Shown piece after piece: positions 24,457-37,264 of a stretch of DNA of 64,000 nt (the stretch's first letter is position 1; each line of letters begins with the position of its first letter). Source of the stretch: Tubulanus polymorphus (lineage: Eukaryota > Animalia > Nemertea); the NCBI RefSeq assembly GCF_964204645.1, contig NC_134027.1, forward strand, positions 14,106,485 through 14,170,484. Reading direction: 5' to 3'. The notes beneath the pieces are model-generated. The model saw only the letters and a list, made by a program, of their open reading frames with translations. It had not been told where the DNA came from and did not search any database. The position numbers were made by a program, and so were the translations under genes.

Positions 24457-25994
24457 TATCATTCAAATAACTAACAGTAAATTCTGCCCCAGCGGTTTTA
24501 GGCCCCTCCTCGTTCGATCTTTGTACTTTCTATATTGACCACAACCCCCCGTACGTTCATTTGAAAAGCCCCTTCATTCAACCAACGAATTGCATGATTA
24601 TGCTTAAATTGAGGGACTATTAATTGAAAATTGCCGAGATAGTGGCTCGGCGATGATATTAGGATTCTGTATTTTGTGTTACTGTTTGACATTATTTTTT
24701 TGATATCTCTCATACATACATACATACTTAAGAGAGTTCAGAATAGTACAAACATTTTGCTTTGACCCACTCCCCGTACAAAGTTTTACATTTGTTTACC
24801 CAAAATCCATATGTACTATTTGAAAGCTCTGTTATTAAATTTACCATGAACGCACGCATCGGCAGCCCCCAGAGCCATTCCGAGAGGCTGCGTTTGGGCC
24901 TCCCTATCTGCCAGTAACCTATCTGTGGTATGGAACCATTCTGAAAAACTGCGCAATGGGCCTGTCCCCCTTCAAGAACCATTCTGAGATGCTGTATACG
25001 GGCCGGCAACACGGTCAGAATATATCGCTACGTCCAATCATATTAATTTTGATCAAAAGATTACGTGTGATGAATGTCTTAACCAATGTTTTGAACAACT
25101 GAGGCACAAGTCAGTGTTGAGAGAACTGTGTCATGTACTGTTCTGATGCTGATATATAGATTGAATAGCATAAAAGAGCATGTAGACTGAGAATAAAGAG
25201 CATGCTTTGATTTGTTTGCCATCTAGCTTTGGTCAAAGGGGTTCAAACACGCAATCACGTGGGTGCTTAGGGCAGGGCTCCAGCCATCCACTCGGAACCA
25301 GGTCCTGGCATGAAAATGCCATATACATTTCTTCTATTAATCAATTCAAACATGGAATTTGTCATGCTATGGATAGAATGTAATCACGCTGAATAAACTA
25401 AATAAAAAACTACATTTCTTGCTGTCCACATGTGACTTTAGTTGAATGTGCGGATCTAGACAACTGGCGAACATTAACATCAATATATACAAGAGAGAGC
25501 TACTCTTCTCTTTCAATGATTAAGGAAAATCAAATTCAATAAGTGATCTTAATGGTTTTACGATTTCTGTTCCTACTATTTGTCAATGTGAAAAAAAAAT
25601 CTGGATAGCAGTAACGATTTGCCAATCCAGCTTTACCACTCAGGCAGAGACTACTGCATTAGCATTCATTCTAGATCTTCAACTCATCCAAGTTACAAGA
25701 GTCGCTGAATCCCTTGTGTAGGAGGACTTCTGGTTGTTTGATGAACATAATGGCTCATGTTTTAAAGTTTGCGCTACAAGGATTCATAGAGTAAAAAATT
25801 GATACCTTGTTTCTCATTTCTGCCAAGCTTAAATCTGACAAGCCGGGCCACTTATACCCTGTCCATTACTTTTTAGATCATGATCAAGCAAACAATAACA
25901 GACCCAGCAGCTATTGAAATTTAACATTACTTAAACATTTTATTGCAGTTTACAACAGTGACCTGGTTGATTATTAGAAACAATGTATCATTTT

Positions 25995-26262
25995 TATCCA
26001 GTACATGCATCCAGATTACACGTGTATTTCAGAAGCCACTCTGAATTTACACATTGTTTTGAAATGTACATCATTAAGTACACATATATTTCAAAATACA
26101 CATCTTCAGTACAGCCGTAATTCAAAATACACGTCCAAAGTACACGTGTAATTTCAAAGTACATGTGTTTTACACATGTACTACAAAATACATGTCCAAA
26201 GTGTACGTGTAATTTGAAATTAATTGTGTATTTAGCCAAATACACGAGTACCATTTTCGTAC
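25995..26262. repeat. Cluster of short TACAC(G/A)T-type repeats, probably subterminal repeats of a DNA transposon
   Basis: Multiple AAATACAC, TACACGTGT and TACATGT motifs in both orientations. Confidence 0.45.
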
Positions 26263-29200
26263 TCAGAGGATTTGCTGGCCATGCGATTGCGCAATACTGA
26301 TCAATGATATGGCAGCACCAGCCTGCCAATTGAGAGCTTTCCACATTTTCAGCTGTCCCTGAAGCTATTTTAATAGAATGGCGAATGTGAGAACACTTAA
26401 TTATTTCGGAATAAACATCATTATTAAAGAACTGATTCAGTGATATAAACGGTGGGTTTGAATTGCTTTGTCTTCTTATCTATCGCTACAACAGTATGTG
26501 CATTAAAACAGTTGCCTCAATGATTTTTTACAGAACATTGCACAGGCGTTGAAAATATTTCTTGAGGGGGGGAAGGCTCTACATTGCGAGATGATTATAT
26601 ACGAACTGAATATTTTAGCGTAATTTAGCACTCGCGATATTTGGTCATCCTTAACTAGTTGCTTGGATGATAGAATACAGAAGCGTCAGTAACACATACA
26701 TTTTCTCTCTTTTTAGGTTATGATATAGCAAGTAGCATTCATTAAAAGAAAATGTCGACGTTCATGGAAAACCATAACCTAAATACATGTATGATGGTAC
26801 ATCTAAACTATTGAAGATTCAAGTTATTGCAAAAAATTTGCTTTTTATTTTGCAAATAAACTAAACATGTAAATTATATGAAGTGTTACCTCTCCATCTC
26901 ATGGTTCTTTGCCAACTAAGCTTTAATTATTACCTTTCCCATTTCAAGTTCAATGTTGTGATGGGGATTGATTGTTACGATTTACATTGTCAGACTTAAG
27001 TTCTCGATGAGATCTTCCGTTGTTGTCATGGGGATTGATTGATAGGATTTACATTGCCAGACTCGTTGACATATAAGATCTCGATGAGATCTTCCTGACC
27101 AATTACCTATTGGGACCATGTCAGCTGCCAAATCTTTGAAACCATATTTCACTTTCTTTCGCTTCTCAGAGTGTCATGTCGGTGAGCTACTGGCCCATTG
27201 GTCCTTAATCGTTTCTCTGCAATATATTTTTCATAGGCCAGTTTCATATCATTTTGTGTCTGCTCATTCTCATTCTGTATGTATCGCTAACTGCACCAGT
27301 ATCATTCTTATGGACTTTCGTTTTAGCGAAGTCCATTTTGTTATCGCATATGAAATTTTCTTCTTTTGGTACAAAATAACTTCCAAACGAGGCTTAGTTT
27401 CTCTTCGGAACTTTAAAACATTCAATGCAGTAATAAAAGCATTGAATTTTATAGAAGGGCAGTAAAATTGGGAACTTCGAAATTGTTCAATTTACGAAAA
27501 TAGATTGTCTATCAACCTTCCTACACAGTGTATAGAAATCGTTTATTTGCGCCAGTGGGGAAAACCCGCTACCATGTATATTCATGATGAATCGTCGTGC
27601 AGTTGTGTGTGATGGAGATCAATGGATTTTCATGTGCAAAATGTAGCTTCAACATGCGGCTAAAATCTGTTGGAAATGGAATTTTGAATATCGCGTTCAT
27701 TTAAGAGAAATCAACAAATCAACAAATTTGTGGCGATTTTTAAAGAAATTTCAAGGAGCATTTTGTTTCATGAAACGGCTAGAAGACCGATGTACAACGT
27801 TACATTGAAGTAAAATAACTGCTCCCTGCGGTTGGCTGAGCTCCCGCTGTCAATCAATGTAAGGGCATATTCGATTGACGCAGACAAACCGGTCTTTTAA
27901 TCTTCTTGTCTATTAATCTGCTTGGTTCTAGTTTCTCATTTCCCAGTCATGGGAGAGTCTTATATGTTTATTTTTAATTTGATAGCCGTAGTATCGATTC
28001 AGTCTCCCCATATCTATTTCATTATGCAAATTACCGAAGATTCAATCGATACGCTACTTCACGGAAGATTATGCGCGCACAATCGAATAGGCCCAAACCT
28101 CGTGTATTGCCGCGATGATTGCTGATTAGATTTCGATGATGTTGTTCACCGAAATCAGCTGATTTTACACATCCATGAAGTGTTCAAGGAAAACCTTAAA
28201 GATGCATCAATCAGATGGCGCCTATACATTACAAAGATAACATTCTGCGCCCGAGATATTAAGATCCGTGGATCTCTTGTTCTTGATATTTCCGGCGTCC
28301 TTATTTTCAATCTAATTATCTGTAAAAAGTCAGTCTTCCATCATTTGAATTCAATCCAATAGTTTTCACTATTTTCCATTTGTTCTGCTTATAATCTCTA
28401 ATCTAGAGTACCAATGTTTAATTTTGATACTGATTATGCATACACTCATTTAAGTTATGAAAGTCCATATTAAGAATTTCGTTTCTTGTTGGGAACATGA
28501 AATTTAAGATTTTCAGATTCAATTAGTAATGAATACGTAATACACTCGTACGTATGTAGGTTTTCTGTTTGAGTCGAACGCTTCATATTTGCCTACATTG
28601 AAATGTCACTCAACTTTACAACTGGCTGAAACTTTAATGATCTCATTTAGTCCTGCCATTTCCAAACTAAAACACCGTTTCTCTTTTTTAGCAATGGTAA
28701 AATATTCGCTGTTGGTACAGATGATGTTGTTAGAGATGAAATTAAAGATTTTCAGTTTCAAAGAAGGATATTTGCATCAGGAATGAGTGTTATTCCAGGT
28801 ATGCCAACTTATTTTGACTTTCAGTTGGGAAGGTATGTTGTAAGCAGCATAGACATTTCTAGGGTATTTTAGGCTGAGCTTACTACTGTAGAGTGAATAA
28901 GATACTTTCATTTTCGAGTGAGAGGCTTTTTGTGAACTTCCTTAAGTAGGGCTATTTTGTCACCAGCTTACTTGCTAGTGAACACAGTGACATCATTTTC
29001 ATAGCTCATCCCTTGTAAATGAATTTAAAAACATAATTTTGGTTTCTTTTATTTTAATCTATGACGCATAAAGACCTGCCGACCCCTATGATATCGCCGT
29101 AGTTTCTACAGTAATTCATGCCTCATTACGACGCTAAGACCTGACTTACGATTTTAATACGATAAAAATACGATTTTCATAACTATCATCCAAAAATACA

Positions 29201-29561
29201 ATGATCGGTGAATTCTGGTAGCCATGATACGGGCCATGATCTCTCTAAAAGAAAATTACAATTGCGATGTGAAAGATCATTGTATTTTACCGCCGAAATA
29301 CCTTTAAGCCTTTAACAGCGATGTAGTAGTTTGACTTAATCAATTAGCGTGCCTCATTTTTGTATTAGTCTCGAGTACACACAACACACACATGCACTGA
29401 TAACAGCGCTGGCATATACTATAGTACATTTAGCGTTGCAATGCGGCGCGCTGTACTTGGCGGTGTGGCCGTAGGCTATACAAATGTAGAGGCATCGGGT
29501 GATTAAAAATTACCTGATATTTCAGGAAGAAAATAGATAATTTCTATAGCAGACAAAATCT

Positions 29562-29622
29562 TGTGTGGGATTCGAACGCAAAAATTGCAGAGACTAAGTT
29601 CACCCACAATCCTTTGCGCCAC
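29562..29622 (-). repeat. tRNA-derived SINE head-like fragment
   Basis: Minus strand GTGGCGCAAAGG (A-box-like) ... GTTCGAATCCCAC (B-box). No complete cloverleaf. Confidence 0.45.
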
Positions 29623-31455
29623 ATACTGTTAGACGTGCAATATTAATGCTCTCATGGCAGGCAGTCGGATTGTCATTGGCACATAGAAAATAGAAAAGGA
29701 TTTGACTAAAGCTGTGGTGGCTGACTGTATCCCTCTTCCTTAGGTGGCAGTGAACTCTGGTCGTTGATGTATGTAGAACTGATTTTATTACAGAATAGTC
29801 AGACTTTTATAAGCCAAGCTATGAATTGTACAGTTACAAATTGATATACACTCGAGATGTCTATAACTCGCGAATAAACCGACAATCTCCGTCCATTCCA
29901 CACGGATGATCACGCTTGACCATATAGATCACACAATTAAACACTTGATTACGCAAAACAATTATTGCTTACTCTCCACGTTCGTCCTCTGAGGCAGTGT
30001 CATCTCTTAAGTAAATATGGCATCCCCGGCAGCTTTCCTTTTAGTGCGATGAGAGTTAACCCGTACCTGACTTACATCCTCCTGCATGTCCTGAATTTCC
30101 GGTGCTGAAACAACTGAGTTCAATTCACAATTAATTTCGAGAGGCACTAATTTTGTAATCGGCCGTTTCGTCATACCATTTGCAGTTTTCAGGGTGGCAG
30201 ACCTAGGGACCCCATCTTTCCCTTGAATCACATCAGTCACAACACCCAGCTTCCATTTTATCCTTGGAGAATCATCCTGAATGTGAACAAGTCACCCTTT
30301 TGAATTGTAATATCATAGTTATCTGATTTCAAGTAACGCTCTCTCAAGGAGGTAAGATATTCAGAGCGCCACCTGCACCATTACCTTTGAAATACACAAG
30401 TGGCCTTGTCATTTACTACTCCTTCAATCTTGGTAACTATTGTGGCTAATTCAGTACTGTTTACAAGAGAACGACCCAAGGCCTTTTTGAGGCACTTTTA
30501 ACGATTCCTACGAGATATTCCCAATATCCGCCCATCCAAGGTGCTCTCTTAGGGATAAATTTCCAATCGATCATTCTCTGAGGACATCCTCGCCTACTCG
30601 CAAATCGCCTAAATGCGTGCATGAATTTTATGAACGGTCAAATTTGATACAACTTCGAGATGAACAAGTAAATAGACAAATATAAAATTTGTCCGGGTCA
30701 TCTTTAACGATGATTGCTCCAGTGAAATCAACACCACAAATCATAAACGGCCGAGCTTCGCATACCTGTAATGATGGTAAAGGTGGAATAGGTGGTGTCC
30801 TGTAACTTTTTCCGATTACTTTTTTACAAATGACACAACGCCGTATTATCATTTTCACTACTTGCCGCGCACTTGGGACCCAATATTTCTGCTGCAAAGT
30901 CGTAACGGTCTGAGCTACCCCCATGTGTTTCGCTTTTTACGCGGCTATTCCAAAGATAAGCGTTGTGAACGTATCCGACGACGGTAGGAGTGCGGGAAAA
31001 GGCGTTTCTGGTGATAGATCGCAATTATGAATATGACCCGCTGATCGCAATATCTTATCTTCATCTAAAAACAATCCGAGTTGTTTAATCAAAGGATATA
31101 ACCTAGCGCTTTTACTCGTCGATAAACAATCGATTATGACACTGAAATGCACAGCCTGTGTCTGTTTAACAAGCATCAACTCAGCTGTGTGTATCTCAAG
31201 AAAATGTAAAGGAGATGTAATCGCTTCTCGAAATTTCAAATATCTGACAAAACGCAAAACATGTGCCATAACACGCTTCACCTCCCACAAAGAGGAATAC
31301 CTTGACATGTCAACAATAGCTAGTTCAAGCTCAGGCTCGGACTAAGAATCAGCCACGATTAGAGATAAGCATTCCGACTCTAATGAACCACGCTTTTGTA
31401 TTTTAGGCCAATCATCATTATGGGTTATCCAATCTGGATAACACAGTATCGGAAC

Positions 31456-31621
31456 TGTCCAGGATCTCAGACAACATACAACAACTCAGCATGCCAGCTA
31501 TACAACAACTGATTTTATTCTGTAACTTAAGCTTAGTGTGGTCACTGACCGTTACAACACAAACATAATAATAGCCACAGTGGCCATACAAAACAACCCA
31601 ACACGTATACAATCCCGGACA
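31456..31621 (-). repeat. 3' LTR of nested BEL/Pao element
   Basis: TGTCC...GGACA termini. 7 differences from the 5' LTR by manual count. Confidence 0.95.
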
Positions 31622-31809
31622 TCCTCCAGGGCCCAGAATCCAAAACCCATAGTAAACTTAGTATTATTTTAGAAAAGGATATAATGATCTAGCTGTGTAG
31701 AGAATATGTACTCCATAACTCCACTAAAAGTTTCTCTTATTATATTACTCTCCGATATTAGTTTTGTTAATCTCTCTATCAAATGTATATTTATAGAACA
31801 CTTAAAGTT

Positions 31810-34800
31810 TATCAATCAATTTGGTTAATTTGTGAAAAATTCTGGCGTGCAATCACTGCTGCGGCTCGTTGAGGTCTTCTAGCCTGATCTACAGCAGTTG
31901 AATCATCCTCGACAGTAGGCGGCTTATCAATATCGTAACATACGACCTCTAGCGGATAAAACTTATTGGTGGGACGGTTTGTAGTTCCGGTGTCGGTACA
32001 AATTACGGCTGAACGTACATAACCATCGCTTCCTCTGATTAATTCCGTTATAACACCATACTTCCATTATAAACGCGGTGTATCATCGTGTATCAATACA
32101 ACCATATCTTTACGTACTAGTTCTTGATTTTTACCACTTTTCGAACAATGCCATTCGCGAACGCTAACTAGATATTCCCTTAACCATCTACGTTTAAAGG
32201 ATATCATAAGCGCGGCACGATATCAATCTGCACCCAATAAGTAGGTGTGATGGTGTTAGAGGTTCGTCATCTTTGATATCAACGGAAAAGTTATTCAACG
32301 GTCGATCGTTTAATACAGCTTCTATCTCGGTTATAGCGGTTCTCAACTCTTCAAAACTTAAACTCTGACGCCCAAAGACCTTCTTGATAGTCACTTTAAC
32401 CAAACCTACAAGTCGCTCCCAATAGCCTCCTTGCCACGGAGCTCTTTTAGTGATATACTTCGACGTAAGTCCTTCTTTGGCGAAATACCTCCGCAAATCA
32501 GAAGACACTAGTATCTCTTTAATTTGACCAGCTGCACTTATAAAAGTCTTCGCATTATCCGAATATATAACCTTAGGTAGAGATCGGCGGCTTGTAAACC
32601 ATTGAAACGCATGAATAAATGTATCGGTACTAAGATCCTGGCAAAGTTCGAGGTGTAACGCTCGTGTATTCGGACACCGGAATAAGCATACATATGCTTT
32701 AATATTCCCATACAGCGGTCCTAAGAAATCTAAACGGGTGTAATAGAACGGTGGAACGTCGGTTACTCTGCTCTGTGGTAATGGCGGCGAATCCGGAAGA
32801 GAATACGGTAATCCGGAAATCAGGAGGCACAATACGCACTTACGTAAATATTTCTTCACAAACGGTCTTATTGACGTTATCCAGTATTTCTGTCTAATCA
32901 TCGCGATTGTAGAATTGACTCCCATATGAAAACTGCGACTATGCGCGTCTTTTACGATCAGAGCTTCAAAGTCACACTTCGGCAATAACAAAGGGAATTT
33001 CGCGGTATCTTCCAATGGAGAATGGTGTAATCTGCCGGCACTACGAATAATTCCATACGAATCTACATATAAACGCAAACTTTTAACAATCTGATTCTTA
33101 TAAGTCCCGTTTGTAGATCAAGTAGAACATCCCTGTAACCATTCGCTTGTATGCTAAGAAACCGAAGTGTCTCCGCTTTATCTAACTCTGAACTGTCAAG
33201 TTCATCACGATTACGATTGAGTTTGTCTTTAATATTCGAGACAAATCGAAGCACAAGCGCTGTTACTCGGTAAAGTTCGATCAAACTAGAAAATCTTGAG
33301 ACATCAATCAGATTTGCGATATCTATCGGAAGTTTAACGCCTTTCTCGCATTTTGAGTCTAACTGAAGATTCACATTGACGGACGTATCAATCGGTAGTC
33401 CATCGAGTGTATAATTTTGAGGGATAACCGAATCAACTGATGAGGTAACAATCCCGGATGGACCATCTAACCATGACCTGTTATTAATCAAGTCTCTCGG
33501 GCAGCAGCCTCTTGTTATCAAATCAGCTGAGTTCATTTCGGACTTACAATAATTCCACTGCACGTGATCGTTTAACGCATTATCCTTAATCTCTTTTATA
33601 CGATTTTCGACGAACACAGTTAACTTCTTAGATGACTTAATCCAAGACAAAACTATAGTGCTATTGGACCACATATACACATCTAAGTTCTCTAATGACA
33701 ATTCCTGAACGATATGATTGGCTAATCGCGATGCTATCAGAGCAGCCATCAGTTCTAACTGTGGAATAGTCAATTTTTTAGCTACCGGCGTGACTCGAGA
33801 CTTCGACATCATAAAAGCGGACATATCACCGTTAAAAAGATTAAACCCACTATCTACAGATTAAAAGAATTTGTCTCACCTGACGACGATCTCTAGGGTG
33901 AGATCGAAACGTTGTGTTTATTATATATTTCATATTGTTCGAATAAATAAATTCTTGATTTTAAATTCTTTTAATCTGTAGATAGTGGGTTTTAATCTTT
34001 TTATCTGTTCACCACGTTTGAGTGTGGTTATCGTACAAATGAATCACGTAAAACGGTACGTTTCGTAATCTCTGAATTCGGTGGAGATATATTCTTAACA
34101 GGTTTTAGTCCAAGCGTATCTTGTTCAGAATTCCAATTCAATCCGAGAACTCTGATTTTTATCGACTTATCACCAAGGTTATCCTGATCAGCCAACCGTT
34201 TAATCTCCATATTGTTACTGTTCCAACAACGCAATTTAAAACCACCTTCACTCATGAGTTTACAGGATTCAGCGTAGAAGATTTTGAGCATCTTGGATAT
34301 TCGGTGACGACATTATAACATCGTCTACCTAAATGTTTTTTAGAATAACTTTCGAGATCCACGACGGATTCAATAATAGATATTTGTAAATAGTCGCATT
34401 CAAAATGAATGGTGAGAACCAGGCTCCGAACAGCACTACTCTAAATCGGTACGTAACTAAATCACTCTTCGGGAGGGTCGAGTCACTGAGCCATAAAAAA
34501 CGAGTGAAATTGCGATCACGTTCAGATATCAATATCTGTAAAAATGCGTTTTCTATGTCTGCGACTACGGCTACTTCGTTCAAACGAAAACGTAATAACG
34601 TGGCAGAAATATCGTTCTACATCGGCGGACCCGCTTCTAAACAGTCGTTTAAGCTAGGACTTGTTTTACATGCTTTACAGCTACAGTTAAAAACTATTCT
34701 ACACGGCGTAGTAGCTGACGATCTGAAGACTGGACGATGCGGTATATAATGGCTATCTGGATCTCTCCAGTCCGCATCTGGAACAAGTTCTATGAATCCC

Positions 34801-37010
34801 CTAGCTTCCTGGTTTATCATAATATTCGCGTAATCATCCAAGTGCGACGTTTTTACTAATCGATTTATCGTGGATTCAGTACGACGTTTACACACGAGAT
34901 AATTACTCGATAACGGTGGATGTTCACTCTTCCAAGGAAGACTAGCTATATACTGACCAGCATTACTGTCAAACGATATAGATGTATCGCAATATTCCTG
35001 AATCTGCATCTGATCTTTATCTTTACTATCAGGCGGTTTGATGCCCATTGTATCAAGATCCCAGAATCGGCGCAAATCAAAGTCACTGTTCGAATTAACT
35101 AAACTACTAAGAACTGACGCATCTCTACACTCAGTAGTAGTAACAGGACCGGAAATTACATATCCTAACGATGTACGAACTGCCATAGGACCATCGCTGT
35201 CGGGTTCGCCTATTTGTTCGCTCGAAACAAAATCGTAGTAATATTCTGATCCTATTAATAACTGGTTATCGAACTTATCGGATCGATCGAGAGGGTGCGC
35301 TAATTTCAGTCCCTTGAGATATGTGCGATTTTGTAACTGCTGTTTACCCGACGAAACATTAATAGGAACGGAAATCCGCGGTATAACTAACGCTTTAATA
35401 TCAGTAACGGATCCATCTTCGCAATGAACTCCTAGTTTGACTACATCAACAGTTTGAACTTTCTTTACTGTGGCCCCGAAATTCGATACACTGATAGTCT
35501 CACTTCCGATCGGTTCTAATGCTAATCCATCCATGACTGACTTACAGACAAATGTTCTCTGTGATCCGTCATTGAACAAAATGTTGGTGTCACATGTATT
35601 ACTGTCACTCGAAACAGGTACAATGGTGGTTTTTAGAAGTACTGCTTCTCTGACATCAGTATCAGTTGCAATCGCTACGCCTTGGTGTGTCTCTTGATTA
35701 CTCTCCAGCTCCTTATCAGGCTGCGGTTTATCATCGGTCGATGTTGACTCTCGCGGTGTCTCTTTATCTGGTTTACTAGGTTTCGGTTTTTCGGCTTTTT
35801 TCGGTGGACAGATACTCATGTGGTGTTTTCGCTGACAAATCCTGCAAACATACTTCGATCTACACTTTACAACACGGTGCGATGGACCGAGACAATTAAA
35901 ACATAGTTTATTGGTCATGATATAGTTTTCCGTTCGTCATAACTACGTACTTTAGTACAATCACTCGGATAATGGTCTTCGGATTTGCAGTAAACGCAAT
36001 GTTTCATTTTATTCGATTTGTGACCGGTGTCACGATTTCGCTTCGTACCATTTGTACTGCTGTTACCATTAGCGGTCGTTGAAAATAACTCCAAAACGGT
36101 TGGAACGCTATTCGTATGTCCTTCGGCTTTACGGACTTTAAGTTTGTCATTCAGAAATGAACGTAATTCTTCGAACGTGAACTGCTCATCGCCTTTAAAA
36201 CGTATCAAATTCCCGCGCATAGTAGAAGTAAACTTATTATAGATGATTGATATGAGCATATCACCTAAGCTCGAACTATCTTTCCCGATTGCTGCTAACG
36301 TTCGAACATGTGCTGCTAAATTATCACGAAACTTTCTCAAACTCTCGAAATTATCTTGCGGACTCGGAAGTGACACGATCGCCTGCATATGAGCATTGAT
36401 TGTCTTATGCATCTGTGTGTATTCCGAGTTAAGAACAGCGATAGCTTCTACATAATTAGATTCAGTCAACGATAGTCCGGTAATACGCAAAGCTGCTTCA
36501 TCTTCTAATAATGACTGAAGATGTTGAAACTTCTGAATCACTGGAATATTCTTGGCATCGTGTACAGCGGCTTTAAACGAGTCCCAGAAAATCGGCCACT
36601 TTGTAATGTCGCCACTAAATTTCGGTAGTTGAAGTTTTTGTAAATTACATTTCGGTCGATCAGAACTACTCGTACCAGAACTCGTGCCTGGTTTCGTATC
36701 CCGAATGTACTGCTCGTAGTAGTCTACGGTCTCGGTAGTGTGATAGTTTAAGTTCATAGTTGTCGAATTCTTTAGAATAAACATCGTCTCCGTCAATTTT
36801 ATCGAGTATCTCCTCTACTATCGAACTAATTAAATCGATCTTCTCATTTAATTGATCCAAAAAATGTTTCAAACTGTCCACATCTGGGTTTTGCTTAGTC
36901 TGAGAATTAGTTATAGCATCGGCACTATTTTGTAGTTTCGTCGCGGCACTCGTTTGACCACGATATCTCCGCTTCAGATTCCTTACTACGTTGGAATCTG
37001 TATCAGCCAT
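31810..37010 (-). pseudogene. BEL/Pao gag-pol polyprotein, frameshifted
   Basis: LPKFSGD..W..FW..F gag motif; CVYC..H..C and CFNC..H..C knuckles; protease LFNDGSQRTF; RT SLNDCL and ADIENAFLQI; TIPQLEL; integrase SDNAKTF, RAPWQGGYWERLV, LTPSHLL. Confidence 0.92.
33835..34001. mobile_element. MITE with ~45-bp TIRs and TA TSD inside the BEL pol
   Basis: AAAAGATTAAACCCACTATCTACAGATTAAAAGAATTT / AAATTCTTTTAATCTGTAGATAGTGGGTTTTAATCTTTT, flanked by TA. Confidence 0.8.
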
Positions 37011-37098
37011 AATTACTGAATAGTTACTAAATAGTTCCCAATTCCTTTAACGCTTATATGTATTCTAGTGCGTTTAGCTCGATGGCTCGAGGGACCAG

Positions 37099-37264
37099 TG
37101 TCCAGGATCTCAGACAACATACAACAACTCAGTATGCCAGCTATACGACAACTGATTTTATTCTGTAACTTACGCTTAGTTTGGTTACTGACCGTTACAA
37201 CACAAACATAATAATAGCCACAGTGGCCATACAAAACAACCCAACACGTGAACAATCCCGGACA
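37099..37264 (-). repeat. 5' LTR of nested BEL/Pao element
   Basis: Direct repeat of 31456-31621 with adjacent PBS. Confidence 0.95.

Larger units (their letters stand above)
31456..37264 (-). mobile_element. Full-length BEL/Pao LTR retrotransposon (inactivated), nested
   Basis: 166-bp LTRs at both ends. TSD GGAAC/GCAAC. PBS TGGTCCCTCGAGCC (minus strand, ~37084-37097). Purine-rich GGCCCTGGAGGA before the 3' LTR. Confidence 0.95.

Noticed and set aside
24498-28786. Short ORFs of 60-116 aa in this region (likewise 13581-16362 and 39351-41818)
   Set aside because: No recognisable motifs. They are consistent with random ORFs in AT-rich repeat DNA.
31418-31612. ORF CWVVLYGHCGYY repeated at ~37100-37260
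   Set aside because: Fortuitous translation of the two BEL LTRs.
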